Source: Candidatus Hydrogenedentota bacterium
Lineage (GTDB): Bacteria; Hydrogenedentota; Hydrogenedentia; Hydrogenedentales; SLHB01
Length of the DNA: 64,000 nucleotides
Reading direction: 5' to 3'
NCBI GenBank assembly: GCA_963674865.2
Contig: CAXXYE010000002.1
Location: 173,325 to 237,324 of the forward strand
In this document: positions 56,902 through 64,000 of the stretch, piece after piece
Numbering within the stretch: the first letter of the stretch is position 1
Layout: each line of letters opens with the position of its first letter
The notes under the pieces: generated by a model
What the model was told of the DNA's origin: nothing
Seen by the model: only the letters and a program-made list of their open reading frames with translations
Database searches by the model: none
Made by a program: the position numbers and the translations under genes

Positions 56902-58422
56902 ATGACCGGAAGAATTGTCTCACTGTCTGTGATTATCGGCATTGCGGCTTGCGGAGGGGCCTGGGCGCAACCGGCCGAACCGGCGGGGCCTATCCTGCAA
57001 TCGGTATTCCAACTGGCGCGTTCTGATGCGGAAGACGTCATCTACTTCCGCAACAACGATGTGCTCAGAGGCGAGGTGCTGAACGAGAAATTGAGCATCA
57101 ATACGCCATACGGCTTCGTCCAACTGCCCCTTCGGGCCTGCGCCGGGATATCCTTCGAGGGCGCCCGCGCCAACACCGAGGCCCTTATCACGATCAACTT
57201 CAACCGGCTGACGGGCATCATCAACGACCGCGTCATCAAGTTCAAGATCAGTTCATCCGGCGCCGAGATCGACATTCGTAAGGAGAAGATCCGGCACGTG
57301 TTGCTCCAATTGGATCTTCGGGAGGCGCAGTTGATGGATCCGGAGGCCAAGAGCGATCTCTTTGTTATGGCCAACGGCGATCTTCTGTCCGGCCAGCCTG
57401 TGGAGAAGGTCTTCACCATCGGCACGGACTATGCCGACATTCCCGTTTCCTTCAAAGAACTCAAGATGGTCGAGATGCAGGGCGGCGCCAACGTCACCGC
57501 CGTGGCGACCAAGAAGAACGGCGACGTCATGCGCGGGACGCTCCAGACGGAGGAGATCTCGCTTGACCTCGATATCGGCGTTGAAGTCGAGGCCGTATAC
57601 AAAGACAAATTCGCCAAGGTCTTCGTTGATGACGGCAATGTTCAGGTGGCCGCCCAGTTTGGCGTAGCACAGCCGATCCGGGGCGAGTCCGACGGTAGCG
57701 CCTTCGGCGCAACAGCCGTGGCCGCCGGAGGCCCGGAGATCACCAACTCCATCGGCATGAAGCTCAGACTCATCCAGCCCGGCACATTCAAGATGGGCAG
57801 TCCGGAGGACGAGGCGGGACGCGACGATGACGAGACGCCTGTTCGCGAGATCACCCTCACGAAGCCTTTCTACATTGGCGTCCACGAGGTGACGCAAGCG
57901 CAATGGGCCGAGGTCATGGGCAATAATCCGTCGAACTTTGTTGGCAGGAACCGGCCTGTCGAGATGGTTTCCTGGGAGGACGCACAGGCTTTTCTCAAGA
58001 AGCTCTCGGAGAAGGAGAACGTCGAGTACCGGCTTCCGACAGAAGCCGAATGGGAGTACGCCTGCCGTGCGGGAACCGAGACGCCCTACTACTGGGGCGA
58101 AGCCTGGGATGATGCCTATGGCTGGTGCAATGAGAATTCAGGCGGCAGCACGCACGACGTCGGTATGAAGAAGCCGAATGCGTGGGGACTTTACGACATG
58201 AGCGGGAACGTGTGGGAATGGTGCCAAGACTGGTATGACAAGTATCCCGCGACGTTCAAGGACACTGATCCGCCCGGGCCGTCAGGCGGCAGCTCCCGGG
58301 TGTTGCGCGGCGGCTCGTGGAACTCCTATCTGCAGTACTGCCGTTCGGCGAGCCGCAATCCCTACTATACGCCGGCCTACCTGAACAGCAGCCACGGGTT
58401 CCGTGTAGTGCGGACTCCGTAG
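56902..58422 (+). CDS. Secreted protein with C-terminal FGE-sulfatase (C-type-lectin fold) domain
   Basis: NSIGMKL..I.PG.F.MGS, EVTQAQW, PVEMVSW, RLPTEAEWEYACRAG, PNAWGLYDMSGNVWEWC, RVLRGGSW...GFRV. Confidence 0.92.
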   Translation: MTGRIVSLSVIIGIAACGGAWAQPAEPAGPILQSVFQLARSDAEDVIYFRNNDVLRGEVLNEKLSINTPYGFVQLPLRACAGISFEGARANTEALITINFNRLTGIINDRVIKFKISSSGAEIDIRKEKIRHVLLQLDLREAQLMDPEAKSDLFVMANGDLLSGQPVEKVFTIGTDYADIPVSFKELKMVEMQGGANVTAVATKKNGDVMRGTLQTEEISLDLDIGVEVEAVYKDKFAKVFVDDGNVQVAAQFGVAQPIRGESDGSAFGATAVAAGGPEITNSIGMKLRLIQPGTFKMGSPEDEAGRDDDETPVREITLTKPFYIGVHEVTQAQWAEVMGNNPSNFVGRNRPVEMVSWEDAQAFLKKLSEKENVEYRLPTEAEWEYACRAGTETPYYWGEAWDDAYGWCNENSGGSTHDVGMKKPNAWGLYDMSGNVWEWCQDWYDKYPATFKDTDPPGPSGGSSRVLRGGSWNSYLQYCRSASRNPYYTPAYLNSSHGFRVVRTP

Positions 58423-58507
58423 CGTTCCTCGCGTCTGCGGGAGGGACTGCAGGGCGGGATCTTGTAGCCTTTGTAGAGGGGGCCAACGTGCGGGGGACAC
58501 AAACAGC

Positions 58508-58541
58508 ATAGGCCACTCACGAAGTACCGCAAGTGGCCTAT
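58508..58541. terminator. Hairpin between the convergent FGE gene and tRNA
   Basis: ataggccact...agtggcctat 10-bp inverted repeat. Confidence 0.55.
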
Positions 58542-58557
58542 TGTTGGTTGTCTATAA

Positions 58558-58635
58558 TGGTCGGGGTGAGAGGATTTGAACCTCCGACCTCTTCGTCCCG
58601 AACGAAGCGCGCTAACCGGGCTGCGCTACACCCCG
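58558..58635 (-). tRNA. tRNA-Pro (CGG)
   Basis: Reverse complement CGGGGTGTAGCGCAGCCCGGTTAGCGCGCTTCGTTCGGGACGAAGAGGTCGGAGGTTCAAATCCTCTCACCCCGACCA. Confidence 0.97.
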
Positions 58636-58652
58636 ACTGTAAAGCGGCGGGT

Positions 58653-58682
58653 AGAGTATCGCCTGGAGGGCGTGGATGTCAA
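58653..58682 (-). promoter_or_regulatory. Putative sigma-70 promoter of tRNA-Pro(CGG)
   Basis: Minus strand TTGACA followed 16-18 nt later by GATACT/TACTCT, about 18 bp before the tRNA. Confidence 0.5.
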
Positions 58683-58850
58683 ATGTGCGGCGGGGGAAAC
58701 CACGGCGTCGCGCGGCGGGGGGAGTAGCGTCCACGGATGAACGCAGATGAACACAGCGGGGCAAGGCTGGAATCGAGCCGAGTCAGGCTAATCTTGCTGG
58801 AGCAATAGCTGCTGAGTCGGCCTGAGTGGTTTGGCTCCATCCGTGTGGGG

Positions 58851-59641
58851 AGATGAAAACGCAGAGGTCTCAGAGGACGCGGAGCCGCGCAGAGAAGAGG
58901 GAACCGGAAACCGGCTGAAGCCGGAACTCCGAACGCGGCGCGGGTGTGGGGAAAAGCGTGTGGCATCGGGGAATGGGTACGGGGAGAAGAATGGCCACGG
59001 ATGAACTCACATGGACACTAATGGGCGCGGGAAGAGGGGCTTCACGCCTGGCGGATTACAATCCGGCGTATACGCTACGCGCCTGTTTGCGGCTTTGCGT
59101 CTTGGCGTGAGGGAATCCGGTCTTCGAAACTCACGCAAAGGGATGTCACTCATGTGAAAGAGCTATTGTGATGTCAGTTTGGACAGGATAACAGGATGGA
59201 GAAGACTGGGCTCTGAAATCCTGTAGATAAAGGACTTTTTTCGGCGTGTGTGGACTGGGGGAGCATTCTCACGCAAAGCCGCCAAGAACGCAAAGGGGCC
59301 GCCACGGAAAATAGCAGATCATCTTTCACACGAGTGAGGCTAACGGTGAGTAGTCTTCATTCTTGCCACAGATGAACACAGCGCAGATGAGCACTGACTG
59401 GAGATTTAGGGGCACGTGGTAGGCCGGAGTTGGGGAAGTGCGGTCCTTGGCACATTTCCCGGAATCCTGGTGTTCTCTCTATCCGTAAGGGTAGATGGAA
59501 ACGCAGAGGCCTCAGAGGACGCGGAGCCGCGCAGAGAAGAGGGAACCGGTTGAAGCCGGAAGTCCTAACGCGGCGCGGGTGTGGGGAAAAGCGTGTGGCA
59601 TCGGGGAATGGGTACGGGGAGAAGAATGGCCACGGATGAAC
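58851..59641. repeat. ~150-bp direct repeat (58851-59006 and 59493-59641) in non-coding DNA
   Basis: Both copies read aacgcagagg(t/c)ctcagaggacgcggagccgcgcagagaagagggaaccgg...gaatggccacggatgaac. Confidence 0.9.
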
Positions 59642-59882
59642 GCGGTTCAAGCGCTTTGTTCTGACGGGATAACAGGATGCACAACATGTCTTGAGCGTAC
59701 GATTTCCTCCTTGGGAGACAAACCGCCGCGTCTGCATGCATTTCTGCTGTGCGGCTGTGAGAAATGCGGGTTGCGGCTCTGGTATGCTTGCGTGCGGGGC
59801 GCGGGCCGACGAATATTTCCGACGCCCGCTGTTATGAGAGGAAGTGAACAGTCGTTCTGCGTCGCGCAGAGGAGGACTTACC

Positions 59883-60929
59883 ATGATGAAACGGCGACCC
59901 GAGGTCGTCCGCAAGGACGGGGAGCATCCGATCGAACTCAACGTCAATCCGCGGGCGATCGTGCTTGGGCTCGTGATCCTTTTGGCGGTGTTGTGGTTTG
60001 TGCGAGGCGGGCCGGCCTACACGGTGGCGCCGGATGAGGAGGGGGTCGTGTTGACCTTCGGGAAGTACACGAAGACCGCCCAGCCGGGATTCCATTTGAA
60101 ATGGCCATGGCCGATCCAAACGGTCGAGACGCCGAAAGTCACGGAGACGAAGCGGCTCGAGTTCGGCTTCCGGTCGGTGACGCGAGGTGGGAGCACGACG
60201 TATACCTCTTTCGACGGGAACAGCGAAATGCTCCACGAGGCGCGGATGCTCACGGGCGATGAGAACGTGGTGGATTGCTCGATGGTGGTGCAGTTCTACA
60301 TCCGGGATTCGCTCGAGTATCTCTTTAACTTCCGCCCTGGTGATGTGGAGTCGGCTTTGCGCGATGTGGGCGAGGCGGCGCTCCGCCAGGCGGTGGGCGA
60401 TCATCCCATCGATGATGTGCTTACTCGAAATAAGTTCCAGGTTCAGGATGAAATCAAGCAGAAGATGCAGGAGTTGGCCGATTTGTACAAGATGGGGGTG
60501 ACTATCGGCCAAGTGCAGTTGCAGGACGTGCAGCCGCCCAGCGAAGTGGCCAACGCCTTTAAGCAGGTGGCCTCGGCGCGGGAAGAGCGTGAGCAGATCA
60601 TCAACGTGGCTCAGGCCTATGCGCGGGAGGCCGTCCCCAAGGCCGAGGGCGAGGCGGCCCGTGTGAAGCTCGAGGCCGATGCCTATAAGGAGGCCCGCGT
60701 CGCCGAGGCCCAGGGGGCGGTATCACGGTTCCTCGCTATTGCCAAGGAGTACAAGTCTTCGCCGGAGGTGACGCGAACGCGCATGTATCTCGAAGCGCTC
60801 GAGGAGGTCCTACCGAAGATGAAGCTCACCGTCGTGGACAAGGAGGCCGGGATCGTCAACCTCAAAGCCTTGGGCGGCGGCGGCGTGAGTGCCTCGCCCG
60901 GCGTAGCGAGGAGAGGAGAGCAGCCATGA
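59883..60929 (+). CDS. hflK: FtsH protease modulator HflK
   Basis: N-terminal TM; GVVLTFGKY...PGFHLKWPWPI, MLTGDEN, PPSEV..AF, PEVTRTRMYLE. Confidence 0.93.
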   Translation: MMKRRPEVVRKDGEHPIELNVNPRAIVLGLVILLAVLWFVRGGPAYTVAPDEEGVVLTFGKYTKTAQPGFHLKWPWPIQTVETPKVTETKRLEFGFRSVTRGGSTTYTSFDGNSEMLHEARMLTGDENVVDCSMVVQFYIRDSLEYLFNFRPGDVESALRDVGEAALRQAVGDHPIDDVLTRNKFQVQDEIKQKMQELADLYKMGVTIGQVQLQDVQPPSEVANAFKQVASAREEREQIINVAQAYAREAVPKAEGEAARVKLEADAYKEARVAEAQGAVSRFLAIAKEYKSSPEVTRTRMYLEALEEVLPKMKLTVVDKEAGIVNLKALGGGGVSASPGVARRGEQP

Positions 60930-61984
60930 GTACCGGCAATGTTGCAACCGGCGTGTTCGTTCTCGTGATTGTGCTGGCGGCGTTCGTGGCGTCCACGTGC
61001 TTCTTCATCCTCGATGAGCGTGAGCAGGCGGTTGTCACGCGCCTCAACCGCCCGGTGCGGATCGTAGTGGGAGATATTGCCGAGGACGCGTTCGAGCAGT
61101 TAAGGCAGGAAATCGTCGCGACGGCACGCCGGACGGAATCGGGCATCGGGGATGGCATACGTGTCGATCAGGGGGCGGGGCTCTATTTCAAGATGCCCTT
61201 TGTGGACAGTATCGAGCGCTTCCCGGATACGGTGCTCGAATACGATGTCGATCCTGAAGACACGGTTCTGGCGGACAAGAAGACGTTGCGAGTGGACAAC
61301 TACGCGCGCTGGCGCATCGTGAATCCCTTGCTGTACCGGGTCCGTGTCCGTACGGAGGTGGCTGCCAGGGGCGTGCTTGACGATGTTATCTACTCGGTGC
61401 TGCGCGAGGAATTGGGCAAGAGCGACCTGACGGAGGTCATCCGCACGACCAATAACTACGTCAACGAGGACTTGCGTACCGAGGAGGAGGAGGCGTTGGG
61501 CGTGCGAGAAAGCCCTTCCCGCGAACTTGTCGAGCGCGGCCGCGAGGAGATCATGAACGCGGTGACGAAGCGGGCCAATGATGTGGCGAGGCCGCAATAC
61601 GGCATCGAGATTCTCGATGTTCGGATCAAGCGTGCCGAGCTTGTCGAGGTCAACCTGGAGTCCGTGTTCGAGCGGATGAAGGCCGAGCGTTCGCGCATTT
61701 CGAAGGGCTACCTCAGCGAGGGTCAGAAGGAAGCCGAGATCATTCGGGGGGACACGGATCGCCAGGTCCGGGTGCTCTTGGCAAACGCGAACCGGGAGGC
61801 CGAGATCCTCCGAGGCGAGGGCGACGCGCAGGCGCTGCGCACTTATGCGGAGGCCTTCGGGGCCAACGCCGATTTCTATGAGTTCCTGCAGTCCCTCGAA
61901 GTAATGAAGAACGCGACGCAGCCGGGCACGGAGTTGATTGTCGGCCTCGATTCGAGCATCTACAAGCTGTTGCGCGGCGATTGA
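60926..61984 (+). CDS. hflC: FtsH protease modulator HflC
   Basis: GLYFKMPF, DKKTL.VDNYARWRI, DVRIKR, FERMKAER; ATGA overlap with hflK. Confidence 0.93.
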   Translation: MSTGNVATGVFVLVIVLAAFVASTCFFILDEREQAVVTRLNRPVRIVVGDIAEDAFEQLRQEIVATARRTESGIGDGIRVDQGAGLYFKMPFVDSIERFPDTVLEYDVDPEDTVLADKKTLRVDNYARWRIVNPLLYRVRVRTEVAARGVLDDVIYSVLREELGKSDLTEVIRTTNNYVNEDLRTEEEEALGVRESPSRELVERGREEIMNAVTKRANDVARPQYGIEILDVRIKRAELVEVNLESVFERMKAERSRISKGYLSEGQKEAEIIRGDTDRQVRVLLANANREAEILRGEGDAQALRTYAEAFGANADFYEFLQSLEVMKNATQPGTELIVGLDSSIYKLLRGD

Positions 61985-62017
61985 TAGGACGTCTGGTGGG
62001 ACGTCGGCAAGGACAAG

Positions 62018-62248
62018 CTAGTGGTGTGACTCACGCTGATGGCGTCTTATTCTTGCCGCGAAAAGCAGGGACAGAGGAGCTGTTGAAAAAGTCCAGAGTT
62101 GCCGGACGCAGGCTGCGAAAGGACCTGGGACAGTCCCGTCTGCGTCCGCCTACGGCGGACTCCGCTTGGGACAGTCCCGGTGTTTCGCTCATTCTTGGCG
62201 CTTTTTCATCTGCAGATAAGCAACGTCAATTATGAGTCAGAACACCAG
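62018..62248. mobile_element. MITE-like composite repeat, copy 2 (shorter)
   Basis: Imperfect terminal inverted repeats ctagtggtgtgactca ... tgagtcagaacaccag; one internal unit. Confidence 0.7.
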
Positions 62249-62700
62249 TGCCTGAGCATGAGCGCGTTTCGCGAAGCGGGAGTGAGGCGGTGTTAGTTGG
62301 CCTATCAGATGGCCGGGCTCGCACCTTTGCCCTGGTATCGGCGTGGGTGTGCTATGCCGTTCTGCCTTGGGCCTTTGGCGGCATGCAGTATCTCTGGATT
62401 AACAGCATATGGCCTTTCGGAGGGCCGGGTAAGGGCCTGAAGCTGGTTGGAGTTCTTCTGTACGGCCCGCCGATGCTCCTGACTAACCTGTCGCCGCTCC
62501 GGCTGGTGGGCGGCCTGAAGCTATCCACGGGTTCCTTTCTCGGGCATGGCGTCGGCTACTACTACATCGTGCTGCTGCCGGCGGTGCTGGCGTGGGCCCG
62601 TCGCTGGCCTCGGCCGAAGGCGGCGCGCATTCTCGGCGCGGTGCTTGTCGTGCATCTCCTCTTGGGCCTCACGGTTTACGCGATTGTGCGGGCCTCGTGA
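62248..62700 (+). CDS. Hypothetical membrane protein (start uncertain)
   Basis: Three to four hydrophobic segments. Confidence 0.45.
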   Translation: MPEHERVSRSGSEAVLVGLSDGRARTFALVSAWVCYAVLPWAFGGMQYLWINSIWPFGGPGKGLKLVGVLLYGPPMLLTNLSPLRLVGGLKLSTGSFLGHGVGYYYIVLLPAVLAWARRWPRPKAARILGAVLVVHLLLGLTVYAIVRAS

Positions 62701-63016
62701 GCGTGCGCATGAGTCTCCTATAGGCAAGACGGGGCTATGCCATGGGCCCCGGCTATTTGGTAATGACGGGAGACGGCCGGACACGGCTCCGAGGCGCTCT
62801 GCAACGTCTCTTGAGGGCAGGTGTTGATATCGAACGCTTTGGCATTCCCGTGTGGTTGTAAGAAAATCGGGAAAGCCATAACCTGCTGAATTCTCTAGGC
62901 TTTCTTGACTTTGGTGACGGGGCTATGGTATTTTCCGCGCCATTCTTGCGGCCTTCCAGGCAGCATTTGAACCTATCTTGGCCTTAGGTCACGCCCCGTC
63001 GTAAACGTGAAGGCTT

Positions 63017-64000
63017 GTGAAATTGACAGAGTATCAAAAGACAGTAAACCTTCCCGAAACGGCCTTCCCCATGCGGGCGAATCTTACCAAGCGCGAGCCG
63101 GAAATGCTCGAGCGTTGGGAAGCGATGGACCTCTACGGCCGCCTACGCTCGGCCTCCTCGGGACACCCGCGATTCGTCTTGCATGATGGGCCTCCGTACG
63201 CCAACGGCAAGCTCCACGCCGGACACGCCCTCAACAAAGTGCTGAAGGACTTTGTGGTCAAGTCCAGGCAGATGAGCGGGTATGACGCGCCTTTTGTTCC
63301 TGGGTGTGGACTGCCACGGGCTCCCGATCGAGTACAAGGTCCTGAGCGAGCTTGGGGACGAAGCTAAGTCGTTATCGCAGGTAGAGATACGCCAGCGATG
63401 CAGGGCCTTTGCGCTCGACTTCGTGGATCTCCACCGGCAGGGCTTCAAGCGTCTGGGGGTGACGGGCGAGTGGGAGCATCCCTACCTCACCTTGAGTCCC
63501 GACTACGTGGCGACGATCATCCACGTGTTCAGCGAGATGTACCAGCGGGGGAGCATCTACCGCGGCCTCAAGCCGATCTACTGGTGCGCTTCTTGCCAAA
63601 CGGCTTTGGCGGAGGCCGAGGTCGAATACGCAAACCGCGTATCGCCAAGTATTTACGTTCGATTCAAAGCTCTTGATTCGATTCCCGGGATCGATGGGCC
63701 CGCCTACTACGTGATCTGGACCACCACCCCGTGGACTTTGCCGGCCAACCTGGCCATCGCGGTCCATCCCGATTTCGAGTATGCCGCTTTCAAGGTGGGG
63801 GACGAGACGCTGCTCATGTCGAGCTACTTGGGCCCTATCGCGCTCAACGCGTGCGGCATCACTGACTTCACCCAAGTTAAGAAGTTCCAGGGTAAAGACT
63901 TAGAGGGTCTCAAGTACAGCCACGCTCTTTTTGAAGAGCGGGTATGCCCCGTCATTCTGGCCGAGCACGTCACGCTCGAGGCCGGCACCGGGTGCGTTCA
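63017..64000 (+). CDS. ileS: Isoleucyl-tRNA synthetase, 3'-partial; one extra base near 63307
   Basis: [33 protein letters not shown]; deleting t63307 restores [11 protein letters not shown], after which [10 protein letters not shown] and [12 protein letters not shown] follow. Confidence 0.95.

Noticed and set aside
19915..58635. Two tRNA-Pro genes as attL/attR of a 38-kb island
   Set aside because: Both are complete tRNAs with different anticodons and different T/acceptor stems. The interval holds ordinary chromosomal genes, and the integrase lies on the other side of tRNA-Pro(TGG).
56902..59880. Complete DGR cassette
   Set aside because: No reverse transcriptase, Avd or adenine-rich template repeat was found; only a candidate target is present.

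Overview
GC-rich bacterial chromosome segment; gene content is compatible with Candidatus Hydrogenedentota, which is inference only. (1) 1-~19.9 kb is the right part of a genomic island integrated at the 3' end of tRNA-Pro(TGG). It carries a BREX operon (brxC partial, pglX, pglZ, brxL) with two extra genes between pglX and pglZ: a HEPN-like fusion and an ArdC-N/HExxH metallopeptidase. A satellite-like backbone follows (AlpA, Cys-rich protein, DUF669, AEP primase, DnaB-like helicase, HTH protein, tyrosine integrase), and the integrase ORF reads through the tRNA. (2) 20-33 kb holds a GH38 mannosidase and a ~2.9-kb insert bounded by a diverged ~300-bp direct repeat. The insert has REP-associated tyrosine transposase (RAYT) remnants, five copies of a 17-bp motif each with its own tandem tail, and a secreted protein. 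Next is a sigma54-controlled Orp-like metal-cofactor operon. (3) 33-51 kb holds secreted glycosidase-like proteins, an MttB-family protein, a PASTA/beta-helix lipoprotein, a sulfatase, a FadL-like transporter and a hybrid kinase. (4) 51-64 kb holds an EF-G paralog, ROK kinase, oxidoreductase, an FGE-domain protein whose C-terminus resembles a DGR variable region, tRNA-Pro(CGG), a repeat-rich non-coding stretch, hflK-hflC, two MITE-like copies and the 5' part of ileS. Five single-base frameshifts, one of them in ileS, are probably assembly errors.
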